Below, piece after piece: positions 1 through 9,027 of a stretch of DNA of 32,000 nt. Below the pieces are notes generated by a model that worked only from the letters and a program-made list of their open reading frames with translations, did no database searches and was not told where the DNA came from. Both the position numbers and the translations under genes were made by a program. Position 1 is the first letter of the stretch. Every line of letters begins with the position of its first letter. The DNA is taken from positions 3,450,001 through 3,482,000 of the forward strand of contig NC_017448.1 of assembly GCF_000146505.1 (NCBI RefSeq). Reading direction: 5' to 3'. Source of the DNA: Fibrobacter succinogenes subsp. succinogenes S85 (GTDB lineage: Bacteria > Fibrobacterota > Fibrobacteria > Fibrobacterales > Fibrobacteraceae).

Positions 1-2483
1 TGAACGACATCCGGCCATTTATTGCCTTCGCTGAACCACTTTTTGCGTAACCTTAAAAGCTCGCTTTGCATGTCAAGTGCCGTGTTGCAAGCGCGTCTGG
101 CGTGGTCGTCGTATTTCATCGGGGCGCCAAAGAATGCGATAATGGCATCGCCTTCGTACTTGTCAAGCGTTCCTTTGTTCTTGGTCGTCAAGACGTCGGT
201 CATTGCGGTCAGGTATTCGTTCAAAAGTTCAACGAGCTTGCTTGCGCTTCCGATTTTTTCGGAGAATGTCGAAAATCCCTGGATGTCGGTGAAGTAGGCC
301 GTGATGTTGGATTCTTCGCCGCCGAGTTCCGGCATGTTACCTTCTGCCACCATTTCATCAATCAGTTCTGGCGAGATGTATTGTTTGAAGGAACTTTCGA
401 TGAATTTCTTTTCTTTGTTTTCGAAGTACGCCTGAACGACCATTGCAATGATGTTCGGTGTGATAATGGCGAGGAGTTGCTTGGAAACGCCGATATAAAT
501 ATTGTGCTTGAAACAAATGTAGGCGAAGAGCGTGTATAGAACGGCTATGCCGATTGTCAAAATTAGCGAAACAAAACTCCTGAAATAAACCCCGATGAGC
601 ATGCAAATGATGGCTAGCACAATGACTGCGATGCGCTGGTAATTTTCATTGAGGATTGTCATGTAGTCGTCCTCAAGGACGTTCTTGATGATGTTTGCGT
701 GGACGAGGATGGCGGGGATGTTTTCTTCGTGCGGACCGTTCACAATATCGAAAAGCGCCGAAACAGAAGACCCGAGAATGACCGTTTTCCCGGCATATTG
801 GTCAAGATTCTTGTGGTCTCTGTAAATGTCGTAGTACGAAATGTGCTTGAACGCTCTTGTTTCTGGCTTGAGATCGTTGAAACGGCCTTTGTACTTGATT
901 AGGAATCGCCCGTGGTCATTGATGGGAATTCTCTTGTACGGGCCGAAACGCAATTCTTCGCCGGGCTTGATGCTTGCAATTTGTTGGTCGCTTGCGTTAG
1001 AGATATCTTGCAGAATCTGGTTTGTGAAAAAGTGGATGGAGGCGGACCATTTGTTTTTGGCCTTGTCGTAGCTGATGTCCATGCTGCGGGAGAGGTGCTT
1101 GTGTTCTCCTATTTTCAGGTCCTTATAGGCGTATTCGTTTAAGTGGATGGTCTTGAGAACGCTGGGCGTAATATAGTTTTCATCATCGTCTTCATTCTTG
1201 ATGACGTAAACGCCTTCGGTCTCGTCGCTTTTGGTCATGGTAAAACCGCTATCCAGTTCGACGGATTCGCTAGTTTTGAGTTTGTCAAAGATGTTTTCGG
1301 GAAGCTTTCGTAGAACGTTAGAAAGCGTTGCACTCAGGTGCTGATTTTCTTCGACGAAAATGTTGAAAACGATTTGTCCGTCATTGTTACGGCTAACGCT
1401 AGTCTTGTATGAAGTTTCAACCTGGCTTGCTTTTTGTACCCCGCTTTCCTTGATTTGTTTCATTTTATCTCGTAGCGAGAGGAACATGGGGTAGGTGAAA
1501 TTCGGGAAAGTCGTGTGGTATTCGCCTACAGAGTCTCGGTAAATGCCGAAGGGCTTGCCGATGTCGATGTACTTTCCCATTTTAATTTGGATGTCTTTCG
1601 GATCCTTGTGGAACAGGTGCAAAATGGTCATCAGCGAGAGCGCACCGTAAATGCGCTGCGGAGCAAGTTTGTCTTCCTTGACGCGCGGGAACTTGTACAA
1701 AAGGTTGATTCTGCGTATGGTGCCATCATTGTCTGGATAGGCGTTTACAGCGCCAACGCGAGTCCCGGCATTGGCGAGTTCTGGGAAAACGTTGTCAAGC
1801 AGTGGTCTTGATTCAATTTCCTGTGGCTTGTCGGCCTGGTTCAACTCAAACGTTGATGAAAAGCCGACTTCTTTGGCGCGTTCCCAGGTGCTGAGGTTGT
1901 ACCAGTCGCTTTTGTTCCTGTAGTGCGTGGTGTCGTTCAGCAAAAAACTGACGATGCAGATGTTGGAGTTTCGCGTCGCTTCTACGAGCATGGAGTCGTA
2001 GTTGTAATAGGAATGGATTTGGGTGAACAATTTGACATGGCTTGTGTCGGGGTCAAGCTGCTTTAGAATTTCCTGGCACTGTTCTCCCTTTCTTTTTCCG
2101 AAGTCGGCATCCTTGAACAGAATATCAAATGCGATTGCCGCAGCGCCACCCTCTCCCAAGTTCTCGATAACCTTGGCGTGGATGGATCTGTCCCAGTTAT
2201 AGTAGTGTCCGAACTTTAACAGCGACTTTTCGTCAATATCGGCGATGATGATGTTCTGGTCGTTGTAGGGCGTACTCTCCATGATGACGCCGTCTTTTTC
2301 ACCGGTGGAGTCAATGACTTCGGTTGTCCACTTGAAAAATTGGTCGTAGAATATATTTTCTGCCGATTCTGCGATATAGTTGTTTTGCGAGTTACCGAAG
2401 ATGAGAGTGAGCAATACGGCGAGTGCTGAAAATGCGCTCCCGAAAAAAAGTTTCTTTTTGTTTTTTGAATTTTTCTGTGCCAT
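1..2483 (-). CDS. CHASE2-type membrane-bound class III adenylate/guanylate cyclase (3' end beyond window)
   Basis: Absent from the ORF track because no stop codon lies in the window. My reverse-strand translation from ATG (complement of 2481-2483) stays open to position 3. It reads MAQKNSKNKKKLFFGSAFSALAVLL, then a large extracytoplasmic-type region, then hydrophobic helices (IAVIVLAIICMLIGVYF, LILTIGIAVLYTLFAYICF, LLAIITPNIIAMVVQAYF). It ends with ITAYFTDIQGFSTFSE and LDKYEGDAIIAFFGAP, the cyclase-homology core. The CHASE2 label rests on architecture only. Confidence 0.85.
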   Translation of the reverse strand, partial: MAQKNSKNKKKLFFGSAFSALAVLLTLIFGNSQNNYIAESAENIFYDQFFKWTTEVIDSTGEKDGVIMESTPYNDQNIIIADIDEKSLLKFGHYYNWDRSIHAKVIENLGEGGAAAIAFDILFKDADFGKRKGEQCQEILKQLDPDTSHVKLFTQIHSYYNYDSMLVEATRNSNICIVSFLLNDTTHYRNKSDWYNLSTWERAKEVGFSSTFELNQADKPQEIESRPLLDNVFPELANAGTRVGAVNAYPDNDGTIRRINLLYKFPRVKEDKLAPQRIYGALSLMTILHLFHKDPKDIQIKMGKYIDIGKPFGIYRDSVGEYHTTFPNFTYPMFLSLRDKMKQIKESGVQKASQVETSYKTSVSRNNDGQIVFNIFVEENQHLSATLSNVLRKLPENIFDKLKTSESVELDSGFTMTKSDETEGVYVIKNEDDDENYITPSVLKTIHLNEYAYKDLKIGEHKHLSRSMDISYDKAKNKWSASIHFFTNQILQDISNASDQQIASIKPGEELRFGPYKRIPINDHGRFLIKYKGRFNDLKPETRAFKHISYYDIYRDHKNLDQYAGKTVILGSSVSALFDIVNGPHEENIPAILVHANIIKNVLEDDYMTILNENYQRIAVIVLAIICMLIGVYFRSFVSLILTIGIAVLYTLFAYICFKHNIYIGVSKQLLAIITPNIIAMVVQAYFENKEKKFIESSFKQYISPELIDEMVAEGNMPELGGEESNITAYFTDIQGFSTFSEKIGSASKLVELLNEYLTAMTDVLTTKNKGTLDKYEGDAIIAFFGAPMKYDDHARRACNTALDMQSELLRLRKKWFSEGNKWPDVV

Positions 2484-2585
2484 GACATGAAAAAGATAAT
2501 AATTGAGCGAAAAGTGTCATTTTTTGTAATAAAATAAGGAACTATAAAAGATTATATTTACAGAGGAAAATAGAGGAGCGAGTTT

Positions 2586-5500
2586 TTGGCTGCACAAAAG
2601 AAAAAAACTGTTAAGAAAACAAAAAAGCCTAAAGTAGAACCGAAGGCCGAAAATCAGGTGCCTGATTCGTATTTTGTGACGATGATGGTCGGCTATTTTG
2701 TGATGCTGGCCGGTATTGTGCTTTTGCTTGGGTGCGTGACACTCTCTATCGCAGGCGCGAAAGGTAACTGGCTTGGGGATTATTTTGGTGCAATGTTCCC
2801 GGAATTTATGACGTTCCTGTTTGGGCGTGTCGCTGTGGTTGTGTTTACGGCGGCTCTTGTCCTGTGGGGGCTTTTTATTGCTATTGCGTCGCTTCGACCG
2901 AAATTGTTGCGTTTTGCAGTGGGGGCGAGCTTGCTCGTCGTGGATTTGTCATTCCTGATGTCGCTCAAGAATTTTGGCGTGAGGGGGGTGACGAATGATG
3001 CGATTTCGATGAATGGGGGCGTTTTAGGTCAGTTCTTCTTGCAGAACTTGGCGATTCCTGTTTTCGGGCGTACTTCGTATGTGGCTCCATTGATTTTGCT
3101 TTTGGTGGCGCTTGCGATGATTTTAGTGCTTTCGTTTGGCGTGCGTCCGAGGCATTTTAGGTTTATTCCGCAGACGATGCGTTACGTGTGTGGTGTTTTT
3201 GGACAGCGCCGTTCGTTGGGCAAGGTTGAGATTGAAACGCTTGATTTCCCTGATGTCAATCCCGAGAAGAAAGCTGCTGAGAAAAAGACGCTCCGCCGTG
3301 GCGTGGTGATGGAAGACGAGACGATGATTTTTGTCCCGGATTCCGTGAAGATGCGCAGGCGTGGGAAGGTCGAACCGTTTAACGCTCGCCATAACTGGCT
3401 TACGGACGATTTGGATGTGAATCGTTCGGAAATGCAGACGCAGGTGGGCGACTCGTTTGGTTTGCCTCAGTATGCGGCGGGGAATGTTCCGGGTAACGCG
3501 GTGCCTGAAAATGTGGCGGCGAATGCGCCGGTTGCGAATGTTGCGAACGCATCTGCGGGGGCAACGCTTGGCGGTGCGGACGAAGATGGTGCCTACGAGG
3601 ATCCGGAAATTCGTCGTTTGGAAGAAGAACTCCGCTTGAACGAACGCCACATGAATGCACTCCAGATTCTGGAAATCAAGGAACGCATCGGTGCGCTTCG
3701 CCGTGCTCGCGATTTGATTGACTGGGAAAAGGGCCATAAGGGTCGTATGCAGGTGAAGGGCGATGTGCGCCGTACGGCGGGCTCTGAAACTGTTGGGGCA
3801 GCTATTGCTGGTAATGCTGGCGGAAATGTTTCGCCGAAATCTACTAAGCCGATGACCGTAACAACTCCGAGGGTGGCAAAGCCTTCGGGTGGTGAAGTGA
3901 AATCTTCGACAAGTGCCAATACGATTGTCTGTGACGCAACGCTTTCGGATTCTGTGGAAACTCGCGCGGCTATCCATGCCGAAGAGCTTTTGGGCGGCGA
4001 TGGCGCCTACGTAGAAGATTTCCCGGGAAGCCCGGCGGTTGATGATGACGAAACGTTTGCTCCGGTAGTTGTCGGTGCTGATGAAGTGGGCGAGGACCCG
4101 ACCTTTGGATCTGATTTTGGTGGAAATGCGCGCCCGGCATCTAAACCGGCTGTTCATTCTGCTCCGATTCCTGTGGCTCCGACGGCGTCTTACGACGAAT
4201 ACAAGATTCCTGAAATCGCAAAGATTCTTGACACGCACGAAGCGCAGACTGCGGATTACACCGAAGAAGAGCTTAATGCCATCGGTAAGATGCTCGAAGA
4301 AAAGCTTGAAAACTTCAAGGTCAAGGGTCGTGTAATTGGTTGCGAAACGGGCCCGATGATTACTCGTTTTGAAGTGGAACCGGGCCCGGGCGTGAAGGTG
4401 AGCCGCTTCTCGGCATTGCAAGAAGACTTGGCGCTCCCGCTCAAGGTCTCGTCCATTCGCATCTTGGCGCCGATTCCTGGCAAGGCTGCAGTGGGTGTGG
4501 AAATCCCGAATCGCAAGTTCCAGACAGTGTTCTGCCGCGATGTGTTCATGAGCGAAAAGTTCAAGCCCGCGCATGACAAGATTCTCGTGGCGCTAGGGAA
4601 GGACATCACGGGTGAATCGTTTACGATGGACTTGGCAAAGGCACCGCACTTGCTGATTGCCGGTCAGACGGGTTCCGGTAAGTCTGTTTGCATTAACGCG
4701 CTCATGGCATCGATGCTTTTCAGCAAGACTCCTGACGAACTCCGCATGATTCTTGTGGACCCGAAGGCGGTGGAACTCAAGATGTACGAAAACATCCCGC
4801 ACCTCTTGGCGCCTGTCATCACGAAGCCCGAAATTGCTATCCAGGCGCTCCAGTGGCTCTGCTACGAGATGGACCGCCGTACTGAAGTTTTGGCATCTGC
4901 AAAGGTGCGTAACATCGGTGGCTTTAACGCAAAGTTCGAAGCGGGTGAATTGCCGGATGAAGTTCCTGAAGAAGATCGTGGCCACCGCATGGCGTTTATC
5001 GTTGTGATTATCGACGAAATGGCGGACCTCATGATGGTTGCGGGCAAGGAAATCGAAAAGTCTGTGGCTCGCTTGGCGGCTAAGGCTCGTGCCGTGGGCA
5101 TCCACTTGGTGCTTGCCACGCAGCGCCCGTCTGTGAAGGTCATTACGGGTATCATCAAAGCGAACTTGCCGACTCGTATTAGCTTCAAGGTGGCATCTCA
5201 GATTGACGCCCGCACGGTGATGGACCATGCCGGTGCCGAAAAGCTCCTTGGCCGTGGTGACATGCTTTACAAGGCCGTGAACGATCCTGATCCGGTGCGC
5301 GTACACGGTGCATTCCTCAGCGACGAAGAAGCCGAACGCTTGGCCGACGCCTGCTCTGATCAGAATGTGTTCTACCCGCAGGTGGAATCGTTCGATGTCT
5401 CGGGCGGCGAAGAAGGCGATGAAGAAGGCGGTGGATCTCTCAAAAACGAAAAACTTGACAAGCTCTTGTTTGAAGTTGCGCAATGGGCTATTAGCGTGAA

Positions 5501-5684
5501 CGGTCTTTCGACCTCTGCGGTACAGCGCCACTTTAGCGTGGGGTACAGCCGTGCGGGGAAGATTGTGGACCAGCTTTATGGCCTTGGCGTGTGCGGCCCG
5601 AGCAAGGGCAACTCGAAACCGCGTGCCATGCTTATCGGAATGGACGAACTTATGCAGCTCGAACGTTCCGGAAGATTCGGCTAG
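2586..5684 (+). CDS. ftsK: DNA translocase FtsK
   Basis: TTG start 7 nt after GAGGAG (2573-2578). N-terminal TM helices and a long low-complexity linker. Motor domain with Walker A GQTGSGKS and VVIIDEMADLM. C-terminal gamma winged helix (STSAVQRHFSVGYSRAGKIVDQL). Confidence 0.95.
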   Translation: MAAQKKKTVKKTKKPKVEPKAENQVPDSYFVTMMVGYFVMLAGIVLLLGCVTLSIAGAKGNWLGDYFGAMFPEFMTFLFGRVAVVVFTAALVLWGLFIAIASLRPKLLRFAVGASLLVVDLSFLMSLKNFGVRGVTNDAISMNGGVLGQFFLQNLAIPVFGRTSYVAPLILLLVALAMILVLSFGVRPRHFRFIPQTMRYVCGVFGQRRSLGKVEIETLDFPDVNPEKKAAEKKTLRRGVVMEDETMIFVPDSVKMRRRGKVEPFNARHNWLTDDLDVNRSEMQTQVGDSFGLPQYAAGNVPGNAVPENVAANAPVANVANASAGATLGGADEDGAYEDPEIRRLEEELRLNERHMNALQILEIKERIGALRRARDLIDWEKGHKGRMQVKGDVRRTAGSETVGAAIAGNAGGNVSPKSTKPMTVTTPRVAKPSGGEVKSSTSANTIVCDATLSDSVETRAAIHAEELLGGDGAYVEDFPGSPAVDDDETFAPVVVGADEVGEDPTFGSDFGGNARPASKPAVHSAPIPVAPTASYDEYKIPEIAKILDTHEAQTADYTEEELNAIGKMLEEKLENFKVKGRVIGCETGPMITRFEVEPGPGVKVSRFSALQEDLALPLKVSSIRILAPIPGKAAVGVEIPNRKFQTVFCRDVFMSEKFKPAHDKILVALGKDITGESFTMDLAKAPHLLIAGQTGSGKSVCINALMASMLFSKTPDELRMILVDPKAVELKMYENIPHLLAPVITKPEIAIQALQWLCYEMDRRTEVLASAKVRNIGGFNAKFEAGELPDEVPEEDRGHRMAFIVVIIDEMADLMMVAGKEIEKSVARLAAKARAVGIHLVLATQRPSVKVITGIIKANLPTRISFKVASQIDARTVMDHAGAEKLLGRGDMLYKAVNDPDPVRVHGAFLSDEEAERLADACSDQNVFYPQVESFDVSGGEEGDEEGGGSLKNEKLDKLLFEVAQWAISVNGLSTSAVQRHFSVGYSRAGKIVDQLYGLGVCGPSKGNSKPRAMLIGMDELMQLERSGRFG

Positions 5685-5709
5685 GCTTCCCTGAAAATTG
5701 TTTTAAATG

Positions 5710-5747
5710 AAAAAGCAACTCTATGGGAGTTGCTTTTTTTATTTTTT
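5710..5747 (+). terminator. Rho-independent terminator of ftsK
   Basis: AAAAAGCAACTC (5710-5721), loop TATGG, GAGTTGCTTTTT (5727-5738), followed by a T-run. Confidence 0.8.
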
Positions 5748-5795
5748 GTAATGTTATGGGTTATATTTGAAGTTGGGATTGTTTTCCGTAAGAAG

Positions 5796-8720
5796 GTGAA
5801 AAAGTTGTTTTCAGAACAAAAAGAAATAAAAAGTCTTTCCGCTTATTTTGATAAGTTAGACCTCTTTTCTGAACGAATTGCCGTTGTCGACCATGACGGC
5901 GAACGGAATACGACATATCGGCAATTCTATGAAAACAGCAAGAAGGTGAACGCCTACCTTCGTAAAAAAGGGATTGGGAGTGAAGATTCGGTTGCAATCC
6001 ATGTCCCGCGCGGAATGGAATACATGGCTATTCGTGTGGGAGTCATTATGGCGGGGGCTGCCTGGGTCTCGCTAGAAGATATGATGGGGGTTGAACGTAT
6101 TGCCTTTGTCAAGAAAGACTGTAATTGCAAACTCGAATTCACCATGCAATACTGGGAAGAGGCGATGAAGGAAGTTCCCTGTGCCGAAATAAAAACAGCT
6201 AAGCCTCATGATCTTGCCTTTTACATTTACACCTCGGGCAGTACAGGAAAACCCAAGGGCTTGGCCCAGGAATACGGAATTTATAAAAATTTGATTGAAG
6301 GATGCTGTGGGTTCATGGAACCATATTCCAATCCGCCATCCCGGTTTGCGCATGTGATTCCTGAAAGTTATGTGGGCGGCGTCTATATTACCATGGGTGA
6401 ATTGTTTGTCGGAAATACAGTCCATGTTCTGTCTTTTAATTTTCTTAGGGATATAAAAGACCTTGCTCGGTATTTTGCAATAAACGGAATTGACACGACC
6501 TTTATGACTCCGCATTTCTTAAGGGCGATGCTGAAAATGCCTGGCTTTACGCTTAGGGCGGGTTTTACAGGCGGTGAAATTGTTTCTGATATTTATTCTC
6601 CTGAGTTTGATATAGTCAATATTTACGGCTCAAGTGAATTTGGGTACACCTCATGCCTTTTTACGCTGGATAAAAGCTACCGCAATACGCCCATTGGTTA
6701 TGCCACCTGCAATTCAGATATTGTCTTGATTGACGAAGATGGAAACGAAGCGGACGAGGGTGTTTTCTGTATTGCGCTTCCGTTTTTCAGAAGGTACAAT
6801 AAGGATTCCGAAAAAGACCAGTTCATTTTGCATAATGGGAAAAATTATTTTAAAACATCCGATTACGCCAAAAAAGACTCTGACGGAAAATACACCATTC
6901 TAGGTCGCATCGACAATATGGTGAAAATCAACGGGAACCGAGTTGATCCTTCCGAGATTGAATCAGCCGCAAAATCGGCATTGTCGCTTGAATTCTGCGT
7001 TGTAAAGGCTTTTGCAAAAAACGGCTTAGTAAGGCTCGGACTTTATTATAAAGATGAAAAAGAAATAGATGTTGCCGAAGCCGCTAAAAAATTGGAATCT
7101 TATCTTCCGATATTTATGATTCCCTCGTTTTTTGTCAAGCTGGATGAAATTCCTTTCAATGCGAATGGCAAGGTGGACAAGCTAGCCCTAAAAGAACCGG
7201 ATAATCCTGAAGACTTGTGCTACGTTGTACCGGAAAATGAATTGCAGAAAAAAATATGCGACCTTTTTGAGAAAGTCCTTGATGTAGACCGCAAAATAGG
7301 AATCGATGACGACTTTTTCTTTTTAGGCGGAGACTCTATACGCGCAATGGAACTTGTATCAGAAAGCCGCGATGTTGTAGAATCATTTTCTTTTAAGTTT
7401 GTCTATGGCGGACGAACTCCGCGTAAAATTGCAGAACTTGTTCAAAGGCAAAAAGCAGAAAATCATTTTCAAAAAGTTCCTGCTTTTTTGAGTGGTGTGC
7501 TTGAAAGAAAGGGCGTTCCTGTAAACGAGATGCAACTGAATTTCCTGAATCTTGATTTCAAGCATCCAGGAACAACAATGTTGAATCTTGCCTATAAGTT
7601 TAAACTTTCGGACGAAATTGGTTTGGATAAGTTTTCTGCCGCCCTTTCAAAGGAAATTGCGGCCCGTCCTGTTTTGTCCAGTGTCATTGAAAAACGGGGA
7701 CCCGAGTTTTATATTCGAAAACCCGCAGACAATTCCCACGAAATTCCTGTTGAGGAAATGAATGCCAGAGAACTGAAGATTGCCGAAGAAGAAATTTCCC
7801 GCCCGTTCAATTTAGACGGCTCTCCTCTTTTCAGATGTCGCCTTGTCCGTTCAAAAAACGAAAAATTTCTTCTTTTATGTGTTTATCATACTGTTTGTGA
7901 TGGCCTTTCGTTACAGCATTTTTTGAAAGATCTCTCCCGTGTTTACCATGGAGATGAACCCTCCAAGGATTATTTTTATCCGCTTCTTCAAAAGGATTAC
8001 GAACTGAGAAACTCAATGACATTTGAAGAAGATAGGGAATTCTTTATATCCCGCTACAGAAAAGAGAATTATGACGCCATTCCAAGGGTTGATTTTGATT
8101 TGAAAGAAAATGTAGATGGTCAAATCGCAAAGCCCTTTCCGTTCTCAAAAAATGAAGTGAAAGAATTCTGCGAAAAAATAAAAATAGGAGAGAATGCGTT
8201 TTATTGTGCCGCTTTTGCGTTGTCGGTTTGCCAGTACAACAATTCCAAATTAGTTCGGTTCGGTTGGGTTTGGAACGGCAGGAACGATGTAGAATCCATG
8301 AATTCGGTAGGCGTTCTTATTCGCGAGATTCCTATTGCTTTTTCGATGGAAAAAGAAAAAAGCCCTCGCGTGTATTTGGAAAATGCACAAAAACAGATTG
8401 AAGAAGGGATAAATCATGCGAGCCTTTCGTATTGCTTGGACGAATGGTTTATGCGAAAAAACGGGGCTGCAACGGTCATATTCCAAAACGATGTTTATGA
8501 TTATCGTGTTATAGATGGAATTATAAGTGGTGTGGAGGGAATCTTTTCGGATAAGTATCCTACAGCCTGCGAAAGTCCGCTGGATTTAGAAATTATTGAA
8601 AGTCCTGAAACTTTTGAGGCTCTTTTTGATTACAATGGTGCGTTGTATAAACCAGAAAGCATGGAAAAATTTGCCGAGATATTCGTTCAAAATTGTGAAA
8701 AACTACTGAAGGAGATGTAA
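5796..8720 (+). CDS. NRPS-like single-module enzyme: adenylation - carrier (T) - condensation
   Basis: A-domain motifs are YIYTSGSTGKPKG, NIYGSSEFG, FKTSDYA, GRIDNMVKINGNRVDPSEIE and NANGKVDK. Carrier motif is FFFLGGDSIRAMEL (Ser codon 7335-7337). The C-terminal condensation domain carries YHTVCDG (7884-7904). The track ORF starts at TTG 5730, inside the ftsK terminator. In-frame candidate starts are ATG 5751, GTG 5796 and TTG 5805; the start is unresolved. Confidence 0.85.
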   Translation: MKKLFSEQKEIKSLSAYFDKLDLFSERIAVVDHDGERNTTYRQFYENSKKVNAYLRKKGIGSEDSVAIHVPRGMEYMAIRVGVIMAGAAWVSLEDMMGVERIAFVKKDCNCKLEFTMQYWEEAMKEVPCAEIKTAKPHDLAFYIYTSGSTGKPKGLAQEYGIYKNLIEGCCGFMEPYSNPPSRFAHVIPESYVGGVYITMGELFVGNTVHVLSFNFLRDIKDLARYFAINGIDTTFMTPHFLRAMLKMPGFTLRAGFTGGEIVSDIYSPEFDIVNIYGSSEFGYTSCLFTLDKSYRNTPIGYATCNSDIVLIDEDGNEADEGVFCIALPFFRRYNKDSEKDQFILHNGKNYFKTSDYAKKDSDGKYTILGRIDNMVKINGNRVDPSEIESAAKSALSLEFCVVKAFAKNGLVRLGLYYKDEKEIDVAEAAKKLESYLPIFMIPSFFVKLDEIPFNANGKVDKLALKEPDNPEDLCYVVPENELQKKICDLFEKVLDVDRKIGIDDDFFFLGGDSIRAMELVSESRDVVESFSFKFVYGGRTPRKIAELVQRQKAENHFQKVPAFLSGVLERKGVPVNEMQLNFLNLDFKHPGTTMLNLAYKFKLSDEIGLDKFSAALSKEIAARPVLSSVIEKRGPEFYIRKPADNSHEIPVEEMNARELKIAEEEISRPFNLDGSPLFRCRLVRSKNEKFLLLCVYHTVCDGLSLQHFLKDLSRVYHGDEPSKDYFYPLLQKDYELRNSMTFEEDREFFISRYRKENYDAIPRVDFDLKENVDGQIAKPFPFSKNEVKEFCEKIKIGENAFYCAAFALSVCQYNNSKLVRFGWVWNGRNDVESMNSVGVLIREIPIAFSMEKEKSPRVYLENAQKQIEEGINHASLSYCLDEWFMRKNGAATVIFQNDVYDYRVIDGIISGVEGIFSDKYPTACESPLDLEIIESPETFEALFDYNGALYKPESMEKFAEIFVQNCEKLLKEM

Positions 8721-9019
8721 TGGAAATCAGGTCAAACTTAAATGGCGATGAATTGAAAGTAGAACTTTCGGGGGAGTTGAATGCGGTGACGGCTCCAGAG
8801 CTTTCGACATACCTTGCTCCGCATCTCGAAAAGATAAAGTCCCTTGTTTTTGATTTCAAGGAGTGCGACTTTGTTTCGTCGGCAGGAATCCGCGTGTTGC
8901 TTTCTTCTTTCAAGACTTTGAAAAAGAATCAGGGCAATATGCGACTAGAAAATGTGGGCCCGAATTTTAAGGACGTTCTCGAAGCGACCGGGCTAGATGT
9001 GGCGTTTGGAATTTTGTAA
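8720..9019 (+). CDS. STAS-domain protein (SpoIIAA/RsbV-like anti-sigma-factor antagonist)
   Basis: 99 aa of typical STAS size and pattern. FVSSAG (Ser codons 8876-8881) sits where the phospho-acceptor DSSG motif lies. The ATG overlaps the upstream TAA by 1 nt (TAATG). Confidence 0.8.
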   Translation: MEIRSNLNGDELKVELSGELNAVTAPELSTYLAPHLEKIKSLVFDFKECDFVSSAGIRVLLSSFKTLKKNQGNMRLENVGPNFKDVLEATGLDVAFGIL

Positions 9020-9027
9020 CAGAAGCA

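Noticed and set aside
22-1811. Plus-strand ORFs 22-297, 66-539, 699-902, 841-1071, 912-1142, 1515-1811, and minus-strand ORFs 358-606 and 2216-2488
   Set aside because: All overlap the unlisted minus-strand cyclase gene, either on the opposite strand or out of frame, and their translations are featureless.
3123-5531. Long minus-strand ORFs (3123-4574, 4593-5531 and smaller ones) opposite ftsK
   Set aside because: They are Arg/His-rich, low-complexity translations with no motifs and lie entirely antisense to a well-supported ftsK. These are typical shadow ORFs in GC-richer coding DNA.
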